53,135 bases of DNA from Demequinaceae bacterium (GCA_017882825.1 JADGOS010000001.1:1-53135); one strand, 5' to 3'. Shown: positions 1 to 9,260, counted from the first letter of the stretch. The notes: generated from the sequence alone by a model not told the origin. Numbers and translations: made by a program.

Positions 1-139
1 CGGCCAACACTCCGCGAAACACCCTTGTCATACGCACGCAACCGTGAGAACCTAGGAAGTCGAGGCGTGCGAGCAATGCTCCCGCCTCTCCCTCGACGGC
101 GAGAATACCCCCTCAGACCCTGCCATCTAGGAGCGACCT

Positions 140-394
140 ATGGAGTGGCGCGACCGTGCCGCCTGCCTGGACGTTGACGACCCCGAACTCTTCTTCCCGG
201 TCGGCAACACAGGCCCCGCGCTCAACCTCATTGAGCGCGCCAAAACGGTGTGCAACGGGTGCTCCGTGCGCGAGGTCTGCCTGTCGTGGGCCATGGAGCA
301 CAACCAGGATTCCGGCGTCTGGGGCGGCCTGTCCGAGGATGAGCGCCGTTCCCTCAAGCGCCGCGCCGCCCGCGCGCGCCGCGCCGCGAAGTAG
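140..394 (+). CDS. whiB: WhiB-family Fe-S transcriptional regulator (WhiB1-like)
   Basis: 84-aa track ORF. Four Cys (C9, C38, C41, C47; C...CxxC...C), a GVWGG turn and an Arg-rich C-terminal tail form the WhiB-like signature. It lies convergent to a PdtaS-type kinase, as whiB1 does in mycobacteria (recalled synteny). Confidence 0.92.
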   Translation: MEWRDRAACLDVDDPELFFPVGNTGPALNLIERAKTVCNGCSVREVCLSWAMEHNQDSGVWGGLSEDERRSLKRRAARARRAAK

Positions 395-411
395 TGGAGC
401 AGGCGCAGGGG

Positions 412-447
412 CTTCGCTAGCGCAGTAGTCTTCGCTAGCGCAGTGGC
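412..447. repeat. 18-nt tandem duplication at the whiB/pdtaS convergent junction
   Basis: Read directly: cttcgctagcgcagt at 412-426 recurs at 430-444 (period 18). The second copy carries the pdtaS stop codon (cta at 435-437). Confidence 0.8.
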
Positions 448-1886
448 TCCACCGTCACCCGTACCTCCACCTCGCTTCCGCCGTCCACCGCGCGCCACTC
501 AAGCGAGCCCCCCAACTCGTTCTCGACGAGGGTCGTCACGATCTGCGAACCCAGGCCCGTCGGCTTGGTTGCGATTCCGACCCCGTCGTCGGCGATGACG
601 AACCGCAGGTGAGCTCCGTCCCGGTCGGCGCGAATCCATATGGTGCCCGACTCGCGGCCCACGAAGCCGTGCTCGACGGCGTTTGTCACGAGTTCCGTCA
701 CGACGAGCGCGAGAGACGAGGCCGACGGCGCTGCAATCAGGCCGAAGTCCCCCTCCCTCACGAACTTGACGCGGACGTCGGGGGATGAGGCCACGTCGGC
801 GACCATCCGGACGCTCCTCGTGACGAGATCATCGAAGTTCACCAGTTCATCGAGGGTCCCCGAGAGCGTCTCGTGCACGAGCGCGATCGTCGACACCCGG
901 CGCATCGCCTCCGCGAGCGCTTCCTTGGCCTCGGGCGCCTCCACGCGGCGGCTCTGGAGGCGCAGGAGAGCCGCGACGGTCTGCAGGTTGTTCTTCACCC
1001 GGTGATGGATCTCCCGGATCGTCGCATCCTTGGTGATCAACTCGCGCTCGCGCCGGCGCAATTCGGAGACGTCGCGGCAGAGGAGCAGAGCCCCCGTGCG
1101 CGCCCCGTTCTCCGTGACGGGGATCGCTCGCATCGACAGGCAGCCCCCGTTGGCCTCGAGGTCCGTGCGCCACGGCGCCCGCCCCATGACCACCATGGCG
1201 AGGTTCTCGTCGATGGTGCCCTCTTCGGCGACAACCTCGCTGGTGACCCTCGGCAGGGAGCGTCCCACCAACGTCCCCGTTACCCCGAGTCGGTGGAAGC
1301 AGGAGAGCGCGTTGGGGCTCGCGTAGGTCACGTGACCACGCTCGTCGAGCCGCATCATGCCGTCCCCGACTCGGGGGGCACCGCGGCGAGGGCCGACACC
1401 GACCGCGGGGGTAGGGAATTCCCCGCGAACGATCATGTGGAGGAGGTCGTCGGCCGCGCCCTTGTAGTTGAGTTCGAGCCGGCTGGAGGAGCGGGACGCG
1501 GCCTGCGACACTTCCCGCGTGAGCACGGCAATGGGTTCACCGTTCATCACCACGGGGAGAGCATCTTCGCGCACGGCATAGGACTCGTCCCAGCGTGGCT
1601 CCCGAGTGGCAACGAGCGCCATCTGCGAGACCGCTCGCTCGAGGGAGGCGACCCTGCCAGCCGGGGCGAATGAGCCGACGACGTCGTCCTGGTGGACCGT
1701 TGGCCCCGTGGAGGGCCGGCACTGGGCGATCGCGACGAAGGTCTGGCCCGCGCGCCTCCACATCACCAGGTCGGCGAAGGAGAGGTCGGAGATGATCTGC
1801 CAATCCGCCGCGAGCGCGGCAAGCCACTCGGCCTCCGCGTCGGTCATGGGCCCGTGCCGTTCCGCCCTCTCGCGAAGCGTCGCCAT
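435..1886 (-). CDS. pdtaS: Soluble sensor histidine kinase, PdtaS type (GAF/PAS + HisKA_2 + HATPase)
   Basis: 483-aa ORF. H-box HHRVKNNLQTVAALLRLQ, ATPase motifs (TELVTNAVEHGF, DDGVG), no TM segments, and an N-terminus LSFADLVMW resembling PdtaS. Confidence 0.85.
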   Translation of the reverse strand: MATLRERAERHGPMTDAEAEWLAALAADWQIISDLSFADLVMWRRAGQTFVAIAQCRPSTGPTVHQDDVVGSFAPAGRVASLERAVSQMALVATREPRWDESYAVREDALPVVMNGEPIAVLTREVSQAASRSSSRLELNYKGAADDLLHMIVRGEFPTPAVGVGPRRGAPRVGDGMMRLDERGHVTYASPNALSCFHRLGVTGTLVGRSLPRVTSEVVAEEGTIDENLAMVVMGRAPWRTDLEANGGCLSMRAIPVTENGARTGALLLCRDVSELRRRERELITKDATIREIHHRVKNNLQTVAALLRLQSRRVEAPEAKEALAEAMRRVSTIALVHETLSGTLDELVNFDDLVTRSVRMVADVASSPDVRVKFVREGDFGLIAAPSASSLALVVTELVTNAVEHGFVGRESGTIWIRADRDGAHLRFVIADDGVGIATKPTGLGSQIVTTLVENELGGSLEWRAVDGGSEVEVRVTVEPLR

Positions 1887-1945
1887 GCCCTCAGCGTAGG
1901 GCCTCCATCAGCGGCTAGAGTGGTGCGGTACGCCAAGGGGGTGCC

Positions 1946-2437
1946 ATGCAGGTGGAGTTCGCGCACCGGTTTGCTGCGCCGGTTGCCGACGTCGTCGCGA
2001 TGTACGCCGACGAGGAGTTCTCTCGCGAGCGAGCGCGGGCCACCGGCGCGACGGAATCCGACGTGTTGATCGATGGCACCGCCGACGGAGCCTTCGACGT
2101 TGTCATTCGGCGGACCATCCCGACGGAGGGGGTGCGATCGGACTTCCGCGGGCTCCTCGGATCAACGCTCTCGGTGATCTACACGGAGGCGTGGACGGAG
2201 CCCGAGGGCGAGTCACGCGACGCCACGTTCGCGGTCGAGATCGTCGGAGCCCCTGCCCGTGCCGCAGGATCCCTGACGCTCGCGCCGGACGGCTCCGGCT
2301 CCAGGATGTCGGTGGAAGGGAACGTGACGTCGAGCGCATTCCTCATCAGCGCCGCCATCGCACAGGCGGTCGGCGAGGCGCTGGCCAGGGGCATCGAGCA
2401 GGAGTTCGACGCGGCCGACGCCTGGCTCGCGCGCTGA
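1946..2437 (+). CDS. DUF2505-like (SRPBCC-fold) protein
   Basis: 163-aa ORF. Family assignment rests on recalled resemblance of the N-terminus (MQVEFAHRF..PVADVVAMYADEEF) to DUF2505. No catalytic motif recognised. Confidence 0.65.
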   Translation: MQVEFAHRFAAPVADVVAMYADEEFSRERARATGATESDVLIDGTADGAFDVVIRRTIPTEGVRSDFRGLLGSTLSVIYTEAWTEPEGESRDATFAVEIVGAPARAAGSLTLAPDGSGSRMSVEGNVTSSAFLISAAIAQAVGEALARGIEQEFDAADAWLAR

Positions 2438-2513
2438 CGAATCTGCGTCCTGAGGGCGGTCGCGCGGCCACGGTCTGTCCGAGAATTCCGCGTCACCACG
2501 GCGAAGAATGGGG

Positions 2514-2543
2514 GAGGGCCCCGACCGTCTGGTCAGGGCCCTC
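2514..2543. terminator. GC-rich hairpin, likely bidirectional terminator (DUF2505 gene / tRNA)
   Basis: gagggccc (2514-2521) pairs with gggccctc (2536-2543). An inner gacc/ggtc pair surrounds a gtct loop. The hairpin lies between a + strand stop (2437) and the tRNA 3' end (2548). Confidence 0.5.
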
Positions 2544-2547
2544 ATCG

Positions 2548-2621
2548 TAGCGGGGACAGGATTTGAACCTGCGACCTCCGGGTTATGAGCCCGGCGAGCT
2601 ACCGAGCTGCTCCACCCCGCG
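2548..2621 (-). tRNA. tRNA-Met (CAU), initiator type (fMet)
   Basis: The reverse complement reads CGCGGGGTGGAGCAGCTCGGTAGCTCGCCGGGCTCATAACCCGGAGGTCGCAGGTTCAAATCCTGTCCCCGCTA. It has a cloverleaf with CAU anticodon, three G-C pairs closing the anticodon stem and a C1:U72 mismatch, which are initiator hallmarks. CCA is not encoded. Confidence 0.9.
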
Positions 2622-2692
2622 TCGGCGAACACCCACTCTACGTCACCCGCGGCGGGACACAAAATCGCGCCTCGGCGCGCTACATTCGACTC

Positions 2693-3391
2693 ATGACGAC
2701 CATGCCTCCCGCCCCCACCCCTCCCCCTCTCGGCGGGGCTCCGCGCGCCAGATGGGCCGCCGGGAGACCGACAGGACTCGCGACCGCGACCATCGGCCTC
2801 ACCGGTGGCGTCGCCGTCGCGACCCTCCTCGGCGCGTTCGCCTCCCGCGCGATGTACGCGAACTTCGACAAGTACGTCGGGTCGAATCCGACCATCGACG
2901 GGACCTACCTCGCCTCGCAGGGGTTGTCGGGCCTCGCCTTCCTCCTGATGCTCGGCTCATACATCACGCTTGCGCTGTGGATGACTAAGGTCCATCGGCG
3001 CTTGACGGAAGCGGGGGAACCTCAGCCGCTCTCCGAGATCTGGGCGTGGTTCGTATGGTTGATTCCGCTCGCGAACTACGTCATGCCCTACATCTACTTT
3101 CACGGATTGAACCGCAGGGCGCGATCGCGCGCCGTGGGCGCTTGGTGGTTGATCTACATCGGCTCCGGGCTCGCGTCGATGGTCGGAGGGATTCAGGTGT
3201 TCGCCGCCTCCGACTTCAGCGCCGCGTTCAAGGACGCGAACGACCCACTTGCGGGCATTGACCTCTCGCCTCTCGGGACGGCGGGGATTGTCTCCGCGGT
3301 ACTCCTGGTGATCTCGTGGGTGTTTCTGGCCTCGACGCTACGCACCATCACCGCCCGCGACCTCAGCCCGCGCGTAGCGAACCCCGCCTAG
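2693..3391 (+). CDS. DUF4328-like integral membrane protein
   Basis: The track ORF 2585..3391 overlaps the tRNA, so it was trimmed to the ATG at 2693 (MTTMPPAP..). Pro-rich N-terminus, then several TM helices with a WxWFxWLIPLANxVxP-type motif recalled for DUF4328. Confidence 0.65.
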   Translation: MTTMPPAPTPPPLGGAPRARWAAGRPTGLATATIGLTGGVAVATLLGAFASRAMYANFDKYVGSNPTIDGTYLASQGLSGLAFLLMLGSYITLALWMTKVHRRLTEAGEPQPLSEIWAWFVWLIPLANYVMPYIYFHGLNRRARSRAVGAWWLIYIGSGLASMVGGIQVFAASDFSAAFKDANDPLAGIDLSPLGTAGIVSAVLLVISWVFLASTLRTITARDLSPRVANPA

Positions 3392-3394
3392 GGC

Positions 3395-6379
3395 CTAGCC
3401 CGCGGCCCCCGGAGACGGAGCCACGACCGTGCCTGCCGGCGTAGCCGATGTTCCGGCGCCACCGGCATTGACGATCGCCTCGGCGTCAACGGCGGCCTGG
3501 AGCGCGGCTTGCAGGCGCGCCTGAGCCTCCCCGTATGCCGCGAAGTCGCCGGCGGCCAACGCGGTCTGTCCGTCAACGATTGCCGCCTGGGCGTCCTGAA
3601 GCGCGCTGTGAAGCGCGGTCAACGCCGCGGCGGTCGGCCCGGTAGTGGCCCCACCGGGGTTCGTCGTGCCGGGGTTCGTCGTGCCGGGGTTCGTCGTGCC
3701 GGGGGTAGTTGTCCCAGGAGCGGTTGTCCCCGGATCCGTGGGCGTCACCTGAAGCCCAAAGACCTGATCGAGCGCCCCGTCGAGCGTGTCCGCGAAGCCC
3801 ACCGAGTCCCCGAACGCCACGAAGACCTTCCTCAGGAGCGGGAACTGGGTTCCCTTGCTGCTCTGGACGTAGACGGGCTGGACGTAGAGGAGCCCGCCAC
3901 CGACCGGAAGGGTAAGGAGGTTGCCGCTCTTCACGTCCGTCTCGCCCTGGCGGAGCAGGTTGAGGACGTTCTGGGCGGACGTGTTGGAGTTGAAGGCATT
4001 CTGCATCTGGCCCGGCCCGAGCACCGTCGTGTCACGCGGCAATTCGAGGAGCCGGAGTTTGCCGTAGTCGGCGCTCGGCGTACCCGCCACCGAACCCGTC
4101 TCCGAGTCCACCGCGAGGAAGCCCGTGAGCACGTTCCTGTTGGAGTTGCCTCCGGGAATGAACGTCGTGGTGAGCGAGAAAGCCGGAGCGTCCTGACCCG
4201 GCATCTGCAGAGTGAGGTAGTAGGGGGGCTGGAGCGCCGTCGTGATAACGGTGGGATCGACGGGGTTCGTCCAGAAGTCCTGGCCCGAATAGAAGGAGGC
4301 CGCATCGGAGACGTGGTACGTCGCGAGCTCAAACCGCTGGATCTTGAAGAGGTCCTCCGGGTAGCGCAGGTGGCTCATGAGTTGCGAGGAGATCTCGGAG
4401 ATCGGGTGGAGGGAGCCGGGGTAGACGCGGTTCCACGTCTGGAGGACCGGGTCGGTCGGGTCCCACGCATAGAGCGTGACCGTGCCGTCGTACGCGTCGA
4501 CCGTCGCCTTGACGGAGTTCCTGATGTAGTTCATCTCGTAGTCGGGACCGTTGGTTGTGGGGATTCCGAGGTGGTCGGCGTACGGATACATGTCCGTCGT
4601 CGTGAAGCCGTCGACGATCCACTTGACGCGACCGTCGACTACGGCCGGGTACACATTCGCGTCGAGCATCAGGTACGGCGCGACCTTCTTCACCCGGGCG
4701 AGCGGGTCACGGTAGTAGAGCACTTGGGAGTCCGGCGTGACACGGTCGGAGAAGAGGATCTGCTCGTCTCCGAATCGAATCCAGAACATCAGCTTGTTGA
4801 ACGTGTTGCCGATACCCGGTCCGCCGACGCCCTGGTAAGTGGTGTTGACCTGACCGTTGGCCGACGCGTCGTCGGGGTAGTCGAGCTCCCATGGGGTCGT
4901 GCCCGCTGGCGCCCCGACGATCGAATACGGCGGGAGGTTGGGGCCAAAGTAGATCCTGGGTTCGTAGGTGCCGAGCGCGCCGGTCGGCGGGATACCCCCT
5001 TCGAAGAACGTCGGCTGGCCGTCCCCGTTCGTGCGGTTGCCATACGCCGCGACCACGCCGAACCCATGCGTGAAGACGGTGTGGTCATTGATCCAGGTGC
5101 GGTTCTCCGCGGACAGACCGGCGAGGTTGAGTTCGCGCACGGCGATGACCGTATCCGCCTTCTGGCCGTCGATCGTGTAGCGATCGACGGAGAGCTCGTC
5201 CGGGAAGTCGTAGTACTGCTTGTTCTGCTGCAACTGCTGGAAGGCCGGAGAGACGATGTGCGGGTCGAGGACGCGAATCGACGCCGTGGTCTGGGCGTCG
5301 GTGCGGAGCGCCGCCTGCTTGGCATCCGTCGTGGCCGCGTACTGGGTGGTCTCAATGTCGTTCAGGCCAAAGGCGAGTTGCGTCGCGTCGATGTTCTTTT
5401 GAATGAAAGGGGCCTCAAGCTCCTGGGCGTTGGGCTCCACCTGGAACTTCTGCACAATCCCGGGGTACAGGCCGCCAACCACCAGCCACGACACGATCAT
5501 GAGGACGACGCCGACGATGGGGATTCGCCAGTCGGAGCGGAAGATCACGACGAGGAAGAGCGCGGCGACGAAGAGACCGATACCAGCGAGGATGCCGCGC
5601 GCGGGCATCACGGCGTTGATGTCGGCGTAGTTCGCCCCGTCGAAGGTGTCCCCGAGTTTGGTGACCAGCGAGAACCGGCTTACCCAGATCTTGACGGCGA
5701 TCACGATCATCACCGCGGAGCCGAGGACGGCGAGCTGGACGCGCGCGACGCCCGTCGCCGCGAAGGTCCGCCCTCCCGTGGTGATTGCGCCGAACAGCAG
5801 GTGGACGAACGCCGAGAGCGCGAGGCAAACGAGGAGGATGGCGAGGGCGAAGTCGAGGACGAGCGTGAGCGCCGGGAGCGTGAACACGTAGAACGAGAGG
5901 TCGTGGCCAAACTGCGCGTCCACGGTCCCGAAGGGGACCTGGTAGCGCCACGCGACTACCGTGCGCCAATTCGACGCGAGGACCAGACCGGAGATGAGAC
6001 CAGCGAGAACGGGGACCATCACGGTCGCGCCGCGCTCGATCGGTCGGATCTGCTCCCGATACGACTCAAACACGCTGTGCTGAACCGCGCTGATCTTGGG
6101 GCGCGCGCGGCGAGCGACCACCAGAGACGCCCAGACCGCAGCAAACGCCAGCACCCCCGCAATGACGAACAGGACCGCCTTGGCAGACCACTCGGCCCTC
6201 CACACCTGGCCATAACCCAACTCGCGGTACCACGCGACCTCGGTCCACACCTGCGCGAGGATGACCGCCCCCACGGCGACGGCCGCGACCGCCACGACGA
6301 TCGGAACCCACGGCGAGCGCTTGCGCGGGATGCGAACGGGACGCGTGGTGCTTCGTTCGGGTCGTTCGTCGCTCGTCAC
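3395..6379 (-). CDS. UPF0182 family large membrane protein
   Basis: 994 aa. About 7 N-terminal TM helices are followed by a large extracytoplasmic domain. Size, topology and position next to the PDZ/Lon protease match UPF0182 (Rv3193c-like, recalled). Confidence 0.85.
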   Translation of the reverse strand: MTSDERPERSTTRPVRIPRKRSPWVPIVVAVAAVAVGAVILAQVWTEVAWYRELGYGQVWRAEWSAKAVLFVIAGVLAFAAVWASLVVARRARPKISAVQHSVFESYREQIRPIERGATVMVPVLAGLISGLVLASNWRTVVAWRYQVPFGTVDAQFGHDLSFYVFTLPALTLVLDFALAILLVCLALSAFVHLLFGAITTGGRTFAATGVARVQLAVLGSAVMIVIAVKIWVSRFSLVTKLGDTFDGANYADINAVMPARGILAGIGLFVAALFLVVIFRSDWRIPIVGVVLMIVSWLVVGGLYPGIVQKFQVEPNAQELEAPFIQKNIDATQLAFGLNDIETTQYAATTDAKQAALRTDAQTTASIRVLDPHIVSPAFQQLQQNKQYYDFPDELSVDRYTIDGQKADTVIAVRELNLAGLSAENRTWINDHTVFTHGFGVVAAYGNRTNGDGQPTFFEGGIPPTGALGTYEPRIYFGPNLPPYSIVGAPAGTTPWELDYPDDASANGQVNTTYQGVGGPGIGNTFNKLMFWIRFGDEQILFSDRVTPDSQVLYYRDPLARVKKVAPYLMLDANVYPAVVDGRVKWIVDGFTTTDMYPYADHLGIPTTNGPDYEMNYIRNSVKATVDAYDGTVTLYAWDPTDPVLQTWNRVYPGSLHPISEISSQLMSHLRYPEDLFKIQRFELATYHVSDAASFYSGQDFWTNPVDPTVITTALQPPYYLTLQMPGQDAPAFSLTTTFIPGGNSNRNVLTGFLAVDSETGSVAGTPSADYGKLRLLELPRDTTVLGPGQMQNAFNSNTSAQNVLNLLRQGETDVKSGNLLTLPVGGGLLYVQPVYVQSSKGTQFPLLRKVFVAFGDSVGFADTLDGALDQVFGLQVTPTDPGTTAPGTTTPGTTNPGTTNPGTTNPGGATTGPTAAALTALHSALQDAQAAIVDGQTALAAGDFAAYGEAQARLQAALQAAVDAEAIVNAGGAGTSATPAGTVVAPSPGAAG
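3654..3728. repeat. 15-nt tandem repeats encoding (PGTTx)n in the UPF0182 C-terminus
   Basis: ccggggttcgtcgtg occurs three times exactly (3654-3698), followed by two degenerate units. It translates on the minus strand as PGTTTPGTTNPGTTNPGTTNPG. Confidence 0.8.
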
Positions 6380-6431
6380 TTGTTATCGTCCTAGGGTCTC
6401 GAGGGGTGTCACCGGGACAAGCCTTGCATAC

Positions 6432-7532
6432 TCACGAGCAGGTCGGCAGGTTGTCCGCCGTATGATTCCCGATCGCGACGATAGCGTCGTAGGCCTCGGA
6501 CAGGTTCGCTACCGAGACAACGCGAAGCCCGGCCGGAACGTGCCCGACCACCTCGGAGCAGTTGGACTCGGGCGCCAGGAACCAGTCGGCCCCCGCGCGC
6601 CGCGCTCCGATCATCTTGAGGCCGATACCTCCGATCGGGCCGACGTCGCCCGAGGGGGAAATGGTCCCGGTCCCCGCGACCTTGGCTCCCTGAAGTTCGT
6701 CCTGAGGAGTCAGGAGGTCGACGATGGCGAGCGTGAAGATCAGCCCAGCGCTCGGGCCGCCGACGTGATCGATCGCGACGTTGACGGTGTACGGCATGTC
6801 GAACGTCGGATCGATCGAGACACCCATCAGCGTCTTCCCGTTCGCGCCGCTGATGGTGGCGAAGGTCGCCGTGACGTCCTTGCCCGCCCGCGAGACCACC
6901 ACGGTAACCGGATCGCCCGGAGAGTGCGCGCCGATCGCGGCGGACAGGTCGGGAAGCGTCAGAATTTGCTTCCCGTCGACCGACTCGATGATGTCGTCGA
7001 CCATGAGCTTGCCCTCGGCGTGCGACCCGGGAGCGAAGTCGGCGACGCGGATCTTCGCGGGCACCGCCGTGCCCAACTGGCCCAGTGCCGCCACCGTCGC
7101 GTTCTCCTGTGAACTGGTCCACTCCTGCTGAACCGCCGCATCGTCGTTCGCCGGTATCGGGACGTCCGGGTATGTGGCCGATGCCGGATCGAGCCACGCT
7201 CGGACGACCGGGCCGAGCGAGAAGAGGGTTCCGGAAGTCCGGGACACGGCGACCGTCGTAAGGCGGAGTTGTCCCGACGCAGGGTAGGTGGTCGCACCCT
7301 CGACCGTTATCAACGTCGTCCCCGCGACTTTGCCATCGAACACGTCGAACGTTGGCCCCGCGCTCTCAATCATGAAGGGTGCGGGAAGCACCACCAGGAC
7401 AGCGATCAGTAGTGCCGAAACCATTCCGCTCAGCGCCATGACGATGGATCGGATGGTCGGGGTACGGGGCGGCAGGCCGAGCGGCTGGGCCAGCGATTCG
7501 GGCCAAGCCTCACCCACGTCGTTCCCTCTCAT
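6432..7532 (-). CDS. PDZ domain / Lon-like (S16) serine protease, membrane anchored
   Basis: N-terminal TM helix, a PDZ region, and a C-terminal Lon protease domain with the GGPSAG catalytic-Ser motif. The start is uncertain: ATG at 7532 chosen over TTG at 7571, with ATG at 7439 also possible. Confidence 0.82.
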   Translation of the reverse strand: MRGNDVGEAWPESLAQPLGLPPRTPTIRSIVMALSGMVSALLIAVLVVLPAPFMIESAGPTFDVFDGKVAGTTLITVEGATTYPASGQLRLTTVAVSRTSGTLFSLGPVVRAWLDPASATYPDVPIPANDDAAVQQEWTSSQENATVAALGQLGTAVPAKIRVADFAPGSHAEGKLMVDDIIESVDGKQILTLPDLSAAIGAHSPGDPVTVVVSRAGKDVTATFATISGANGKTLMGVSIDPTFDMPYTVNVAIDHVGGPSAGLIFTLAIVDLLTPQDELQGAKVAGTGTISPSGDVGPIGGIGLKMIGARRAGADWFLAPESNCSEVVGHVPAGLRVVSVANLSEAYDAIVAIGNHTADNLPTCS

Positions 7533-7633
7533 GCGACCATCATCGCTGATGGCGAACTCCGCCCCGACCAAGCCTCACCCCGGCGTACCGTGGTGACGAC
7601 GCGTGTGGTGTGTACCGCGCCCAGGGAGGCGAA

Positions 7634-8971
7634 GTGAGCGACGACTCGTCGGAATGGATGAAACTGTTGCGCGAACTCTTCGGCGACCGCGCGGAGGAGG
7701 CTCTCGATGAGATGCGGCGCATGGGGGTGGACCCGGCCCAACTCGCTGCGGCAACCGGCGTGGACGCGACTCCAGGCATGCTCGACCACATGCTGTCGCA
7801 GTTGCGCGCCCTTATGGCGCAATCCTCCGGCGAGGACGTGAACTGGACCCTCGCTCACGATGTGGCGCGTGGCGTCGCGGCGCAAGGGGGCGACCCGACG
7901 GTGAGTGCGGCGACGGCCGCGGATCACCGTGCGGCCGTCTCCACTGCCGAGTTGTGGCTGGACGCCGCCACGGACTTCGCTCCCTCGACGCTCGTCCCGC
8001 GGGTCTGGAGCCACGCCGAATGGGTCGAGGCGACGCTTCCGACATGGCGAACGCTCGCTGGCCCCGTCGCCGTCTCCGTGTCCCGGGCGCTCGGGGCGCT
8101 CCTTGCGCACGAGAGCGACGCGGGCGGGGCGCTGCTCGGACAGATCAGCCCTACCGTCTGCGGAATGCACGTCGGCCAGGCCGCCGGCGCCATGGCGCGG
8201 GAGGCCTTCGGCGGCACCGACCTTGGCCTCCCCCTCCTGCCCGAACCCCAGGTCGCGCTCGTGCCGCGCTCCATCTCCGAGTTTGCCGAGGGACTCGACG
8301 TTCCCGCGGACGAGGTTCGCTCTTTTCTCGCGCTCCGCGAGTGCGCCCACGTCCGGCTCTTCAAGCACTCGCCGTGGCTCCAGGGTCAGCTTCACGCCGC
8401 CATCGAGCGCTATGCGAGCGGCGTCAGCATCGACCTCGATGCGCTCGACGCGGCCGTGAATCAGGCAGGGATGGGAGATCCCGACACGCTCCAGAAGGCT
8501 CTGAGCAAGGGGATCTTCGCGACGGCCCACACGGACGACCAGAGAACCATGCTCGAGGCAATCGAGACCATGCTCGCCCTCATCGAAGGATGGGTAGACG
8601 ACGTCACCGCCCAGGCGGCGGCCCCACACCTGCCCCACCTCGGCCAACTGCGCGAGATGATGCGCCGCAGGCGCGCCGCGGGGGGTCCGGCCGAGCACAC
8701 GTTTGCCACTCTGCTCGGACTCGAACTTCGCCCGCGCCGCCTTCGAGACGCCGTGGACCTGTGGACGGCGTTGCGGGTCGCCGGCGGAACGTCGGGACGG
8801 GACGATCCGTGGGCCCACCCCGATCTGCTTCCGGGTCCCGCTGACCTTGCCGATTGGCGCGGCTGGGTGGCCGCGCGTGGCTCCGAGAATTCGGACGACG
8901 ACGTCGACCGAGAACTCCGCGAAATGCTCGGAGAGGGACCGAACGGCCCTTCCGCCCCGATTTCCGAGTAG
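7634..8971 (+). CDS. DUF2342 family putative zinc-dependent hydrolase
   Basis: Track ORF 7610..8971, with the start moved to the GTG at 7634, which is preceded by gggagg (7624-7629). Assignment rests on recalled Rv3195-like sequence character and on synteny, divergent from the PDZ protease. Confidence 0.72.
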   Translation: MSDDSSEWMKLLRELFGDRAEEALDEMRRMGVDPAQLAAATGVDATPGMLDHMLSQLRALMAQSSGEDVNWTLAHDVARGVAAQGGDPTVSAATAADHRAAVSTAELWLDAATDFAPSTLVPRVWSHAEWVEATLPTWRTLAGPVAVSVSRALGALLAHESDAGGALLGQISPTVCGMHVGQAAGAMAREAFGGTDLGLPLLPEPQVALVPRSISEFAEGLDVPADEVRSFLALRECAHVRLFKHSPWLQGQLHAAIERYASGVSIDLDALDAAVNQAGMGDPDTLQKALSKGIFATAHTDDQRTMLEAIETMLALIEGWVDDVTAQAAAPHLPHLGQLREMMRRRRAAGGPAEHTFATLLGLELRPRRLRDAVDLWTALRVAGGTSGRDDPWAHPDLLPGPADLADWRGWVAARGSENSDDDVDRELREMLGEGPNGPSAPISE

Positions 8972-9092
8972 CGCGACACGGGCGCGCGACCTCACTCGGA
9001 TTGTCCGTGTCGGGGCATACGCTGAACGGAAGACACAATAGGGGGCAAAGGGCGCGGGCCCTCAAGCCCGCCGACACTTGATCGGAGCAGTC

Positions 9093-9254
9093 ATGGAAGA
9101 CAAGTACACAGGCGAGTTCTACTGCCTGAAGGACAAGGCGAAGGTCAAGGCCACCGGTGACATCTCCGTGACCAACGGGCGCCGCATGGCGAAGGGGATC
9201 TGCCCCAACTGCGGGACCAAGTTGACCCGCATTCTCCCGAAGGCCCAGGCCTAG
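9093..9254 (+). CDS. Small zinc-ribbon protein, DUF5679-like (53 aa; below the ORF-track cutoff)
   Basis: ATG at 9093 with GGAG 9 nt upstream, and TAG at 9252-9254. It translates to MEDKYTGEFYCLKDKAKVKATGDISVTNGRRMAKGICPNCGTKLTRILPKAQA. The CPxCGT knuckle and overall pattern match my recollection of DUF5679. A strong hairpin follows. Confidence 0.7.
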   Translation: MEDKYTGEFYCLKDKAKVKATGDISVTNGRRMAKGICPNCGTKLTRILPKAQA

Positions 9255-9260
9255 GCGACT

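Noticed and set aside
1-139. A CRP-type (TGTGA-N6-TCACA-like) site upstream of the whiB1-like gene, as described for mycobacterial whiB1.
   Set aside because: Only isolated GTGAG and TGTCA half-site-like strings are present, with no convincing palindrome at proper spacing.
2548-3391. The tRNA-fMet as an integration site, with the adjacent DUF4328 gene as cargo.
   Set aside because: There is no integrase or recombinase, I could not find a direct repeat of the tRNA 3' end, and the adjacent gene has the same composition as its surroundings.
3509-6394. 961-aa ORF on the + strand.
   Set aside because: It lies exactly antisense to the UPF0182 gene. The translation is Arg/Gly/Asp/Val-rich with no motifs, which is the typical stop-free shadow frame of a GC3-rich gene.
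7529-8995. 488-aa minus-strand ORF. Similar long antisense ORFs occur at 22034-23236, 24590-26092, 25860-27218, 29863-30906, 30612-32060, 32471-34156, 39467-40693, 41107-41895, 49604-50800 and 50891-52390.
   Set aside because: Each is the mirror of a confidently identified gene on the other strand and has no recognisable domain. All are treated as GC-driven shadow ORFs.
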